Part shown: one piece after another, positions 1-14,926 of the stretch | How positions within the stretch are numbered: the first letter of the stretch is position 1 | Layout of the letters: each line of letters begins with the position of its first letter | Assembly: GCA_964016885.1 (NCBI GenBank) | Contig: OZ024743.1 | Coordinates: 174,840,001-174,904,000 of the forward strand | DNA from: Eledone cirrhosa | Lineage: Eukaryota | Direction of reading: 5' to 3' | DNA length: 64,000 nucleotides | Notes under the pieces: generated by a model | Database searches by the model: none | The model's input: the letters and a program-made list of their open reading frames with translations, nothing else | What the model was told of the DNA's origin: nothing | Position numbers and translations under genes: made by a program

Positions 1-86
1 GGATGTAGGTAGTCTTTTATATACTGTACCTGTTATATAGGATGTAGGTAGTCTTTGATATACTGTACCTGTTATATAGGATGTAG

Positions 87-3000
87 GTAGTCTTTGATAT
101 ACTGTACCTGTTATATAGGATGTAGGTAGTCTCTGATATACTGTACCTGTTATATAGGATGTAGGTAGTCTTTGATGTACTGTACCTGTTATATAGGATG
201 TAGGTTGTCTTTGATATACTGTACCTGTTATACAGGATGTAGGTAGTCTTTGATATACTGTACCTGTTATATAGGATGTAGTCTTTGATATACTGTACGT
301 GTTATATAAGATGTAGGTAGTCTTTGATATACTGTACCTGTTATATAGGATGTAGGTAGTCTTTGATATACTGTACCTGTTATATATGATGTAGGTATTC
401 TTTGATAGACTGTACCTGTTATATAGGATGAAGGTAGTCTTTGATATACTGTACCTGTTATATAGGATGTAGGTAGTCTTTGATATACTGTACCTGTTAT
501 ATAGGATGTAGGTAGTCTTTGATGTACTGTACCTGTTATATAGGATGTAGGTTGTCTTTGATATACTGTACCTGTTATACAGGATGTAGGTAGTCTTTGA
601 TATACTGTACCTGTTATATAGGATGTAGTCTTTGATATACTGTACCTGTTATATAAGATGTAGGTAGTCTTTGATATACTGTACCTGTTATATAGGATGT
701 AGGTAGTCTTTGATATACTGTACCTGTTATATATGATGTAGGTATTCTTTGATAGACTGTACCTGTTATATAGGATGAAGATAGTCTTTGATATACTGTA
801 CCTGTTATATATGATGTAGGTAGTCTTTGATATACTGTACCTGTTATATAGGATGTAGGTAGTCTTTGATATACTGTACCTGTTATATAGGATGTCGGTA
901 GTCTTTGATATACTGTACCTGTTATATAGGATGTAGGTAGTCTTTGATATACTGTACCTGTTATATAGGATGTAGGTAGTCTTTGATATACTGTACCTGT
1001 TATATAGGATGTCGGTAGTCTTTGATATACTGTACCTGTTATATAGGATGTAGGTAGTCTTTGCTATACTCTACCTGTTATATATGATGTAGGTAGTCTT
1101 TGATATACTGTACCTGTTATATAGGATGTATGTAGTCTTTGATATACTGTACCTGTTATATAGGATGTAGGTAGTCTTTGATATACTGTACCTGTTATAT
1201 AGGATGTAGGTAGTCTTTGATATACTGTACCTGTTATATAGGATGTCGGTAGTCTTTGATATACTGTACCTGTTATATAGGATGTAGGTAGTCTTTGATA
1301 TACTGTACCTGTTATATAGGATGTAGGTAGTCTTTGATATACTGTACCTGTTATATAGGATGTCGGTAGTCTTTGATATACTGTACCTGTTATATAGGGT
1401 GTAGGTAGTCATTGATATACTGTACCTGTTATATATGATGTAGGTAGTCTTTGATATACTGTACCTGTTACATAGGATGTAGGTAGTCTTTGATATACTG
1501 TACCTGTTATATAGGATGTCGGTAGTCTTTGATATACTGTACCTGTTATATATGATGTAGGTAGTCTTTGATATACTGTACCTGTTACATAGGATGTAGG
1601 TAGTCTTTGATATACTGTACCTGTTACATGAGATGTAGGAAGTCTTTGATATACTGTACCTGTTATATAGGATGTAGGTAGTCTTTGAGATACTGTACCG
1701 GTTATATAGGATGTAGGTAGTCTTTGATATACTGTACCTGTTATATAGGATGTAGGTAGTGTTTGATATACTGTACCTGTTATATAGGATGTAGGTAGTC
1801 TTTGATATACTGTACCTGTTATATAGGATGTAGGTAGTCTTTGATATACTGTACCTGTTATATAGGATGTCGGTAGTCTTTGATATACTGTACCTGTTAT
1901 ATGACATGTAGGAAGTCTTTGATATACTGTACCTGTTATATGACGTGTAGGAAGTCTTTGATATACTGTACCTGTTATATAGGATGTAGGTAGTCTTTGA
2001 TATACTGTACCTGTTATATAGGATGTATGTAGTGTTTGATATACTGTACCTGTTACATAGGATGTAGGTAGTCTTTGATATACTGTACTTGTTATATAGG
2101 ATGTAGTCTTTGATATACTGTACCTGTTATATAGGATGTAGGTAGTGTTTGATATAGTGTAACTGTTATATAGGATGTAGATAGTCTTTGACGCACTGTA
2201 CCTGTTATATGGGATGTAGTCTTTGATATACTGTACCTGTTATATAGGATGTAGGTAGTCTTTGATATACTGTACCTGTTATATAGGATGTTGGTAGTCT
2301 TTGATATACTGTACCTGTTATATAGGATGTAGGTAGTCTTTGATATACTGTACCTGTTATGTAGGATGGAGGTAGTCTTTGATATACTGTACCTGTTATA
2401 TAGGATGTAGGTAGTCTTTGATATGCTGTACCTGTTATATGGGATGTAGGTAGTCTTTGATGTACTGTACCTGTTATATAGGATGTAGGTAGTCTTTGAT
2501 ATACTGTACCTGTTATATAGGATGTAGGTAGTCTTTGATATACTGTACCTGTTATATAGGATGTAGTCTTTGATATACTGTACCTGTTATATAAGATGTA
2601 GGTAGTCTTTGATATACTGTACCTGTTATATAGGATGTAGGTAGTCTTTGATATACTGTACCTGTTATATAGGATGTAGGTAGTCTTTGATATACTGTAC
2701 CTGTTATATAGGAAGTAGGTAGTCTTTGATATACTGTACCTGTTATATAGGATGTAGGTAGTCTTTGATATACTTTACCTGTCATATAGGATGTAGGTAG
2801 TCTTTGATATACTGTACCTGTTATATAGGATGTAGGTAGTCTTTGATATACTGTACCTGTTATATAGGATGTAGGTAGTCTTTGATATACTGTACCTGTT
2901 ATATAGGATGTAGGTAGTCTTTGATATACTGTACCTGTTATATAGGATGTAGGTAGTCTTGGATATACTGTACCTGTTATATAGGATGTAGGTAGACTTT

Positions 3001-6000
3001 GATATACTATACCTGTTATATAGGATGTAGGTAGTCTTTGATATACTGTACCTGTTATATAGGATGTAGATAGTCTTTGATATACTGTACCTGTTATATA
3101 GCATGTAGGTAGTCTTTGATATACTGTAACTGTTATATAGGATGTAGTCTTTGATATACTGTACCTGTTATATAGGATGTAGGTAGTCTTTGATATACTG
3201 TACCTGTTATATAGGATGTAGTCTTTGATATACTGTACCTGTTATATAAGATGTAGGTAGTCTTTGATATAGTGTAACTGTTATATAGGATGAAGATAGT
3301 CTTTGATGCACTGTACCTGTTATATGGGATGTAGTCTGTGATATACTGTACCTGTTACATAGGATGGAGGTAGTCTTTGATATACTGTACCTGTTATATA
3401 GGATGTAGGTAGTCTTTGATATACTGTAGCTGTTATATAGGATGTAGATAGTCTTTAATATACTGTACCTGTTATATAGGATGTAGTCTTTGATATACTG
3501 TACCTCTTATATAGGATGTAGGTAGTCTTTGATATACTGTACCTGTTATATAGGATGTAGATAGTCTTTGATATACTGTACCTGTTATATAGTAAGTAGT
3601 CTTTGATATAGTGTACCTGTTATATAGGATGTAGGTAGTCTTTGATATACTGTACCTGTTATATAGTATGTAGGTAGTCTTTGATATACTGTACCTGTTA
3701 TATAGGATGTAGGTAGTCTTTGATATACTGTACCTGTTATATAGGATGTAGGTAGTCTTTGATATACTGTACCTGTTATATAGAATGTAGGTAGTCTTTG
3801 ATATACTGTACCTGTTATATAGGATGTAGGTAGTCTTTGATATACTGTACCTGTTACATAGGATGTAGGTAGTCTTTGATATACTGTACCTGTTATATAG
3901 GATGTATGTAGTCTTTGATATACTGTACCTGTTATATAGGATGTAGGTAGTCTTTGATATACTGTACCTGTTATATAGGATGTAGGTAGTCTTTGATATA
4001 CTGTACCTGTTATATAGGGTGTAGGTAGTCATTGATATACTGTACCTGTTATATATGATGTAGGTAGTCTTTGATATACGGTACCTGTTACATAGGATGT
4101 AGGTAGTCTTTGATATACTGTACCTGTTATATAGGATGTCGGTAGTCTTTGATATACTGTACCTGTTATATATGATGTAGGTAGTCTTTGATATACTGTA
4201 CCTGTTACATAGGATGTAGGTAGTCTTTGATATACTGTACCTGTTACATGAGATGTAGGAAGTCTTTGATATACTGTACCTGTTATATAGGATGTAGGTA
4301 GTCTTTGAGATACTGTACCTGTTATATAGGATGTAGGTAGTCTTTGATATACTGTACCTGTTATATAGGATGTAGGTAGTGTTTGATATACTGTACCTGT
4401 TATATAGGATGTAGGTAGTCTTTGATATACTGTACCTGTTATATAGGATGTAGGTAGTCTTTGATATACTGTACCTGTTATATAGGATGTCGGTAGTCTT
4501 TGATATACTGTACCTGTTATATGACATGTAGGAAGTCTTTGATATACTGTACCTGTTATATGACGTGTAGGAAGTCTTTGATATACTGTACCTGTTATAT
4601 AGGATGAAGGTAGTCTTTGATATACTGTACCTGTTATATATGATGTAGGTAGTCTTTGATATACTTTACTTGTTATATAGGATGTAGTCTTTGATATACT
4701 GTATCTGTTATATAGGATGTAGGTAGTCTTTGATATAGTGTAACTGTTATATAGGATGTAGATAGTCTTTGACGCACTGTACCTGTTATATGGGATGTAG
4801 TCTTTGATATACTGTACCTGTTATATAGGATGTAGGTAGTCTTTGATATACTGTACCTGTTATATAGGATGTAGGTAGTCTTTGATATACTGTACCTGTT
4901 ATATAGGATGTAGGTAGTCTTTGATATACTGTACCTGTTCTGTAGGATGCAGGTAGTCTTTGATATACTGTACCTGTTATATAGGATGTAGGTAGTCTTT
5001 GATATACTGTACCTGTTATATAGGATGTAGTCTTTGATATACTGTACCTGTTATATAAGATGTAGGTAGTCTTTGATATACTGTACCTGTTATATAGGAT
5101 GTAGGTAGTCTTTGATATACTGTACCTGTTATATAGGATGTAGGTAGTCTTTGATATACTGTACCTGTTATATAGGAAGTATGTAGTCTTTGATATACTG
5201 TACCTGTTATATAGGATGTAGGTAGTCTTTGATATACTTTACCTGTCATATAGGATGTAGGTAGTCTTAGATATACTGTACCTGTTATATAGGATGTAGG
5301 TTGTCTTTGATATACTGTACCTGTTATATAGGATGTAGGTAGTCTTTGATATACTGTACCTGTTATATAGGATGTAGGTAGTCTTTGATATACTGTACCT
5401 GTTATATAGGATGTAGGTAGTCTTTGATATACTGTACCTGTTATATAGGATGTAGGTAGTCTTTGATATACTGTACCTGTTATATAGGATGTAGGTAGTG
5501 TTTGATATACTGTACCTGTTATATAGGATGTAGGTAGTCTTTGATATACTGTACCTGTTATATAGGATGTAGGTAGTCTTTGATATACTGTACCTGTTAT
5601 ATAGGATGTCGGTAGTCTTTGATATACTGTACCTGTTATATGACATGTAGGAAGTCTTTGATATACTGTACCTGTTATATGACGTGTAGGAAGTCTTTGA
5701 TATACTGTACCTGTTATATAGGATGTAGGTAGTCTTTGATATACTGTACCTGTTATATAGGATGTAGGTAGTCTTTGATATACTGTACCTGTTATATAGG
5801 ATGTATGTAGTGTTTGATATACTGTACCTGTTACATAGGATGTATGTAGTCTTTGATATACTGTACCTGTTATATATGATGTAGGTATTCTTTGATAGAC
5901 TGTACCTGTTATATAGGATGAAGGTAGTCTTTGATATACTGTACCTGTTATATATGATGTAGGTAGTCTTTGATATACTTTACTTGTTATATAGGATGTA

Positions 6001-9000
6001 GTCTTTGATATACTGTATCTGTTATATAGGATGTAGGTAGTCTTTGATATAGTGTAACTGTTATATAGGATGTAGATAGTCTTTGACGCACTGTACCTGT
6101 TATATGGGATGTAGTCTTTGATATACTGTACCTGTTATATAGGATGTAGGTAGTCTTTGATATACTGTACCTGTTATATAGGATGTAGGTAGTCTTTGAT
6201 ATACTGTACCTGTTATATAGGATGTAGGTAGTCTTTGATATACTGTACCTGTTCTGTAGGATGCAGGTAGTCTTTGATATACTGTACCTGTTATATAGGA
6301 TGTAGGTAGTCTTTGATATACTGTACCTGTTATATGGGATGTAGGTAGTCTTTGATGTACTGTACCTGTTATATAGGATGTAGGTAGTCTTTGATATACT
6401 GTACCTGTTATATAGGATGTAGGTAGTCTTTGATATACTGTACCTGTTATATAGGATGTAGTCTTTGATATACTGTACCTGTTATATAAGATGTAGGTAG
6501 TCTTTGATATACTGTACCTGTTATATAGGATGTAGGTAGTCTTTGATATACTGTACCTGTTATATAGGATGTAGATAGTCTTTGATATACTGTACCTGTT
6601 ATATAGGAAGTATGTAGTCTTTGATATACTGTACCTGTTATATAGGATGTAGGTAGTCTTTGATATACTTTACCTGTCATATAGGATGTAGGTAGTCTTA
6701 GATATACTGTACCTGTTATATAGGATGTAGGTTGTCTTTGATATACTGTACCTGTTATATAGGATGTAGGTAGTCTTTGATATACTGTACCTGTTATATA
6801 GGATGTAGGTAGTCTTTGATATACTGTACCTGTTATATAGGATGTAGGTAGTCTTTGATATACTGTACCTGTTATATAGGATGTAGGTAGTCTTTGATAT
6901 ACTGTACCTGTTATATAGGATGTAGGTAGTCTTTGATATACTGTACCTGTTATATAGGATGTAGGTAGACTTTGATATACTATACCTGTTATATAGGATG
7001 TAGGTAGTCTTTGATATACTGTACCTGTTATATAGGATGTAGATAGTCTTTGATATACTGTACCTGTTATATAGCATGTAGGTAGTCTTTGATATACTGT
7101 ACCTGTTACATAGGATGTAGGTAGTCTTTGATATACTGTAACTGTTATATAGGATGTAGTCTTTGATATACTGTACCTGTTATATAGGATGTAGGTAGTC
7201 TCTGATATACTGTACCTGTTATATAGGATGTAGGTAGTCTTTGATGTACTGTACCTGTTATATAGGATGTAGGTTGTCTTTGATATACTGTACCTGTTAT
7301 ACAGGATGTAGGTAGTCTTTGATATACTGTACCTGTTATATAGGATGTAGTCTTTGATAAACTGTACGTGTTATATAAGATGTAGGTAGTCTTTGATATA
7401 CTGTACCTGTTATATAGGATGTAGGTAGTCTTTGATATACTGTACCTGTTATATATGATGTAGGTATTCTTTGATAGACTGTACCTGTTATATAGGATGA
7501 AGGTAGTCTTTGATATACTGTACCTGTTATATAGGATGTAGGTAGTCTTTGATATACTGTACCTGTTATATAGGATGTAGGTAGTCTTTGATGTACTGTA
7601 CCTGTTATATAGGATGTAGGTTGTCTTTGATATACTGTACCTGTTATACAGGATGTAGGTAGTCTTTGATATACTGTACCTGTTATATAGGATGTAGTCT
7701 TTGATATACTGTACCTGTTATATAAGATGTAGGTAGTCTTTGATATACTGTACCTGTTATATAGGATGTAGGTAGTCTTTGATATACTGTACCTGTTATA
7801 TATGATGTAGGTATTCTTTGATAGACTGTACCTGTTATATAGGATGAAGATAGTCTTTGATATACTGTACCTGTTATATATGATGTAGGTAGTCTTTGAT
7901 ATACTGTACCTGTTATATAGGATGTAGGTAGTCTTTGATATACTGTACCTGTTATATAGGATGTCGGTAGTCTTTGATATACTGTACCTGTTATATAGGA
8001 TGTAGGTAGTCTTTGATATACTGTACCTGTTATATAGGATGTAGGTAGTCTTTGATATACTGTACCTGTTATATAGGATGTCGGTAGTCTTTGATATACT
8101 GTACCTGTTATATAGGATGTAGGTAGTCTTTGCTATACTCTACCTGTTATATATGATGTAGGTAGTCTTTGATATACTGTACCTGTTATATAGGATGTAT
8201 GTAGTCTTTGATATACTGTACCTGTTATATAGGATGTAGGTAGTCTTTGATATACTGTACCTGTTATATAGGATGTAGGTAGTCTTTGATATACTGTACC
8301 TGTTATATAGGATGTCGGTAGTCTTTGATATACTGTACCTGTTATATAGGATGTAGGTAGTCTTTGATATACTGTACCTGTTATATAGGATGTAGGTAGT
8401 CTTTGATATACTGTACCTGTTATATAGGATGTCGGTAGTCTTTGATATACTGTACCTGTTATATAGGGTGTAGGTAGTCATTGATATACTGTACCTGTTA
8501 TATATGATGTAGGTAGTCTTTGATATACTGTACCTGTTACATAGGATGTAGGTAGTCTTTGATATACTGTACCTGTTATATAGGATGTCGGTAGTCTTTG
8601 ATATACTGTACCTGTTATATATGATGTAGGTAGTCTTTGATATACTGTACCTGTTACATAGGATGTAGGTAGTCTTTGATATACTGTACCTGTTACATGA
8701 GATGTAGGAAGTCTTTGATATACTGTACCTGTTATATAGGATGTAGGTAGTCTTTGAGATACTGTACCGGTTATATAGGATGTAGGTAGTCTTTGATATA
8801 CTGTACCTGTTATATAGGATGTAGGTAGTGTTTGATATACTGTACCTGTTATATAGGATGTAGGTAGTCTTTGATATACTGTACCTGTTATATAGGATGT
8901 AGGTAGTCTTTGATATACTGTACCTGTTATATAGGATGTCGGTAGTCTTTGATATACTGTACCTGTTATATGACATGTAGGAAGTCTTTGATATACTGTA

Positions 9001-12000
9001 CCTGTTATATGACGTGTAGGAAGTCTTTGATATACTGTACCTGTTATATAGGATGTAGGTAGTCTTTGATATACTGTACCTGTTATATAGGATGTATGTA
9101 GTGTTTGATATACTGTACCTGTTACATAGGATGTAGGTAGTCTTTGATATACTGTACTTGTTATATAGGATGTAGTCTTTGATATACTGTACCTGTTATA
9201 TAGGATGTAGGTAGTGTTTGATATAGTGTAACTGTTATATAGGATGTAGATAGTCTTTGACGCACTGTACCTGTTATATGGGATGTAGTCTTTGATATAC
9301 TGTACCTGTTATATAGGATGTAGGTAGTCTTTGATATACTGTACCTGTTATATAGGATGTTGGTAGTCTTTGATATACTGTACCTGTTATATAGGATGTA
9401 GGTAGTCTTTGATATACTGTACCTGTTATGTAGGATGGAGGTAGTCTTTGATATACTGTACCTGTTATATAGGATGTAGGTAGTCTTTGATATGCTGTAC
9501 CTGTTATATGGGATGTAGGTAGTCTTTGATGTACTGTACCTGTTATATAGGATGTAGGTAGTCTTTGATATACTGTACCTGTTATATAGGATGTAGGTAG
9601 TCTTTGATATACTGTACCTGTTATATAGGATGTAGTCTTTGATATACTGTACCTGTTATATAAGATGTAGGTAGTCTTTGATATACTGTACCTGTTATAT
9701 AGGATGTAGGTAGTCTTTGATATACTGTACCTGTTATATAGGATGTAGGTAGTCTTTGATATACTGTACCTGTTATATAGGAAGTAGGTAGTCTTTGATA
9801 TACTGTACCTGTTATATAGGATGTAGGTAGTCTTTGATATACTTTACCTGTCATATAGGATGTAGGTAGTCTTTGATATACTGTACCTGTTATATAGGAT
9901 GTAGGTAGTCTTTGATATACTGTACCTGTTATATAGGATGTAGGTAGTCTTTGATATACTGTACCTGTTATATAGGATGTAGGTAGTCTTTGATATACTG
10001 TACCTGTTATATAGGATGTAGGTAGTCTTGGATATACTGTACCTGTTATATAGGATGTAGGTAGACTTTGATATACTATACCTGTTATATAGGATGTAGG
10101 TAGTCTTTGATATACTGTACCTGTTATATAGGATGTAGATAGTCTTTGATATACTGTACCTGTTATATAGCATGTAGGTAGTCTTTGATATACTGTAACT
10201 GTTATATAGGATGTAGTCTTTGATATACTGTACCTGTTATATAGGATGTAGGTAGTCTTTGATATACTGTACCTGTTATATAGGATGTAGTCTTTGATAT
10301 ACTGTACCTGTTATATAAGATGTAGGTAGTCTTTGATATAGTGTAACTGTTATATAGGATGAAGATAGTCTTTGATGCACTGTACCTGTTATATGGGATG
10401 TAGTCTGTGATATACTGTACCTGTTACATAGGATGGAGGTAGTCTTTGATATACTGTACCTGTTATATAGGATGTAGGTAGTCTTTGATATACTGTAGCT
10501 GTTATATAGGATGTAGATAGTCTTTAATATACTGTACCTGTTATATAGGATGTAGTCTTTGATATACTGTACCTCTTATATAGGATGTAGGTAGTCTTTG
10601 ATATACTGTACCTGTTATATAGGATGTAGATAGTCTTTGATATACTGTACCTGTTATATAGTAAGTAGTCTTTGATATAGTGTACCTGTTATATAGGATG
10701 TAGGTAGTCTTTGATATACTGTACCTGTTATATAGTATGTAGGTAGTCTTTGATATACTGTACCTGTTATATAGGATGTAGGTAGTCTTTGATATACTGT
10801 ACCTGTTATATAGGATGTAGGTAGTCTTTGATATACTGTACCTGTTATATAGAATGTAGGTAGTCTTTGATATACTGTACCTGTTATATAGGATGTAGGT
10901 AGTCTTTGATATACTGTACCTGTTACATAGGATGTAGGTAGTCTTTGATATACTGTACCTGTTATATAGGATGTATGTAGTCTTTGATATACTGTACCTG
11001 TTATATAGGATGTAGGTAGTCTTTGATATACTGTACCTGTTATATAGGATGTAGGTAGTCTTTGATATACTGTACCTGTTATATAGGGTGTAGGTAGTCA
11101 TTGATATACTGTACCTGTTATATATGATGTAGGTAGTCTTTGATATACGGTACCTGTTACATAGGATGTAGGTAGTCTTTGATATACTGTACCTGTTATA
11201 TAGGATGTCGGTAGTCTTTGATATACTGTACCTGTTATATATGATGTAGGTAGTCTTTGATATACTGTACCTGTTACATAGGATGTAGGTAGTCTTTGAT
11301 ATACTGTACCTGTTACATGAGATGTAGGAAGTCTTTGATATACTGTACCTGTTATATAGGATGTAGGTAGTCTTTGAGATACTGTACCTGTTATATAGGA
11401 TGTAGGTAGTCTTTGATATACTGTACCTGTTATATAGGATGTAGGTAGTGTTTGATATACTGTACCTGTTATATAGGATGTAGGTAGTCTTTGATATACT
11501 GTACCTGTTATATAGGATGTAGGTAGTCTTTGATATACTGTACCTGTTATATAGGATGTCGGTAGTCTTTGATATACTGTACCTGTTATATGACATGTAG
11601 GAAGTCTTTGATATACTGTACCTGTTATATGACGTGTAGGAAGTCTTTGATATACTGTACCTGTTATATAGGATGAAGGTAGTCTTTGATATACTGTACC
11701 TGTTATATATGATGTAGGTAGTCTTTGATATACTTTACTTGTTATATAGGATGTAGTCTTTGATATACTGTATCTGTTATATAGGATGTAGGTAGTCTTT
11801 GATATAGTGTAACTGTTATATAGGATGTAGATAGTCTTTGACGCACTGTACCTGTTATATGGGATGTAGTCTTTGATATACTGTACCTGTTATATAGGAT
11901 GTAGGTAGTCTTTGATATACTGTACCTGTTATATAGGATGTAGGTAGTCTTTGATATACTGTACCTGTTATATAGGATGTAGGTAGTCTTTGATATACTG

Positions 12001-14270
12001 TACCTGTTCTGTAGGATGCAGGTAGTCTTTGATATACTGTACCTGTTATATAGGATGTAGGTAGTCTTTGATATACTGTACCTGTTATATAGGATGTAGT
12101 CTTTGATATACTGTACCTGTTATATAAGATGTAGGTAGTCTTTGATATACTGTACCTGTTATATAGGATGTAGGTAGTCTTTGATATACTGTACCTGTTA
12201 TATAGGATGTAGGTAGTCTTTGATATACTGTACCTGTTATATAGGAAGTATGTAGTCTTTGATATACTGTACCTGTTATATAGGATGTAGGTAGTCTTTG
12301 ATATACTTTACCTGTCATATAGGATGTAGGTAGTCTTAGATATACTGTACCTGTTATATAGGATGTAGGTTGTCTTTGATATACTGTACCTGTTATATAG
12401 GATGTAGGTAGTCTTTGATATACTGTACCTGTTATATAGGATGTAGGTAGTCTTTGATATACTGTACCTGTTATATAGGATGTAGGTAGTCTTTGATATA
12501 CTGTACCTGTTATATAGGATGTAGGTAGTCTTTGATATACTGTACCTGTTATATAGGATGTAGGTAGTGTTTGATATACTGTACCTGTTATATAGGATGT
12601 AGGTAGTCTTTGATATACTGTACCTGTTATATAGGATGTAGGTAGTCTTTGATATACTGTACCTGTTATATAGGATGTCGGTAGTCTTTGATATACTGTA
12701 CCTGTTATATGACATGTAGGAAGTCTTTGATATACTGTACCTGTTATATGACGTGTAGGAAGTCTTTGATATACTGTACCTGTTATATAGGATGTAGGTA
12801 GTCTTTGATATACTGTACCTGTTATATAGGATGTAGGTAGTCTTTGATATACTGTACCTGTTATATAGGATGTATGTAGTGTTTGATATACTGTACCTGT
12901 TACATAGGATGTATGTAGTCTTTGATATACTGTACCTGTTATATATGATGTAGGTATTCTTTGATAGACTGTACCTGTTATATAGGATGAAGGTAGTCTT
13001 TGATATACTGTACCTGTTATATATGATGTAGGTAGTCTTTGATATACTTTACTTGTTATATAGGATGTAGTCTTTGATATACTGTATCTGTTATATAGGA
13101 TGTAGGTAGTCTTTGATATAGTGTAACTGTTATATAGGATGTAGATAGTCTTTGACGCACTGTACCTGTTATATGGGATGTAGTCTTTGATATACTGTAC
13201 CTGTTATATAGGATGTAGGTAGTCTTTGATATACTGTACCTGTTATATAGGATGTAGGTAGTCTTTGATATACTGTACCTGTTATATAGGATGTAGGTAG
13301 TCTTTGATATACTGTACCTGTTCTGTAGGATGCAGGTAGTCTTTGATATACTGTACCTGTTATATAGGATGTAGGTAGTCTTTGATATACTGTACCTGTT
13401 ATATGGGATGTAGGTAGTCTTTGATGTACTGTACCTGTTATATAGGATGTAGGTAGTCTTTGATATACTGTACCTGTTATATAGGATGTAGGTAGTCTTT
13501 GATATACTGTACCTGTTATATAGGATGTAGTCTTTGATATACTGTACCTGTTATATAAGATGTAGGTAGTCTTTGATATACTGTACCTGTTATATAGGAT
13601 GTAGGTAGTCTTTGATATACTGTACCTGTTATATAGGATGTAGATAGTCTTTGATATACTGTACCTGTTATATAGGAAGTATGTAGTCTTTGATATACTG
13701 TACCTGTTATATAGGATGTAGGTAGTCTTTGATATACTTTACCTGTCATATAGGATGTAGGTAGTCTTAGATATACTGTACCTGTTATATAGGATGTAGG
13801 TTGTCTTTGATATACTGTACCTGTTATATAGGATGTAGGTAGTCTTTGATATACTGTACCTGTTATATAGGATGTAGGTAGTCTTTGATATACTGTACCT
13901 GTTATATAGGATGTAGGTAGTCTTTGATATACTGTACCTGTTATATAGGATGTAGGTAGTCTTTGATATACTGTACCTGTTATATAGGATGTAGGTAGTC
14001 TTTGATATACTGTACCTGTTATATAGGATGTAGGTAGACTTTGATATACTATACCTGTTATATAGGATGTAGGTAGTCTTTGATATACTGTACCTGTTAT
14101 ATAGGATGTAGATAGTCTTTGATATACTGTACCTGTTATATAGCATGTAGGTAGTCTTTGATATACTGTACCTGTTACATAGGATGTAGGTAGTCTTTGA
14201 TATACTGTAACTGTTATATAGGATGTAGTCTTTGATATACTGTACCTGTTATATAGGATGTAGGTAGTCT
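87..14270 (+). repeat. Tandem duplication of a 7,069-bp higher-order unit (183 monomers, 17 of them 35-mers), 2 copies
   Basis: Eight ORF pairs with matching proteins are offset by exactly 7,069 (e.g. 1071/8140, 3472/10541, 6670/13739). The rare variant CTCTGA lies at 133 and 7202. 183x39 - 17x4 = 7,069, matching my count of 17 deletion monomers. The period breaks at 86 and 14271. Confidence 0.95.
135..781 (+). repeat. 347-bp (9-monomer) doublet module, recurring along the array
   Basis: The ordered variants GATGTAC, GGTTGTC, ATACAGG, 35-mer, TAAGATG, GGTATTC+GATAGAC and GATGAAG occur twice at offset 347 (G177/G524; 9x39-4). The doublet recurs near 7.2, 25.6, 27.4, 34.3, 43.3, 45.8, 49.8, 53.2, 56.6 and 62.9 kb. 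Ends are approximate. Confidence 0.88.
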
Positions 14271-14926
14271 TTGATATACTGTACCTGTTATATAGGATGT
14301 AGTCTTTGATATACTGTACCTGTTATATAAGATGTAGGTAGTCTTTGATATAGTGTAACTGTTATATAGGATGTAGATAGTCTTTGATGCACTGTACCTG
14401 TTATATGGGATGTAGTCTTTGATATACTGTACCTGTTACATAGGATGGAGGTAGTCTTTGAGATACTGTACCTGTTATATAGGATGTAGGTAGTCTTTGA
14501 TATACTGTACCTGTTATATAGGATGTAGATAGTCTTTGATATACTGTACCTGTTATATAGCATGTAGGTAGTCTTTGATATACTGTACCTGTTACATAGG
14601 ATGTAGGTAGTCTTTGATATACTGTAACTGTTATATAGGATGTAGTCTTTGATATACTGTACCTGTTATATAGGATGTAGGTAGTCTTTGATATACTGTA
14701 CCTGTTATATAGGATGTAGTCTTTGATATACTGTACCTGTTATATAAGATGTAGGTAGTCTTTGATATAGTGTAACTGTTATATAGGATGTAGATAGTCT
14801 TTGATGCACTGTACCTGTTATATGGGATGTAGTCTTTGATATACTGTACCTGTTACATAGGATGGAGGTAGTCTTTGATATACTGTACCTGTTATATAGG
14901 ATGTAGGTAGTCTTTGATATACTGTA
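14055..14926 (+). repeat. 417-bp (11-monomer) local tandem duplication
   Basis: TAGCATG lies at 14144 and 14561, each followed by the same variant series (TTACAT, TAACTG, three 35-mers, GATGCAC, GATGGAG). 11x39 - 3x4 = 417. Ends are approximate. Confidence 0.85.
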
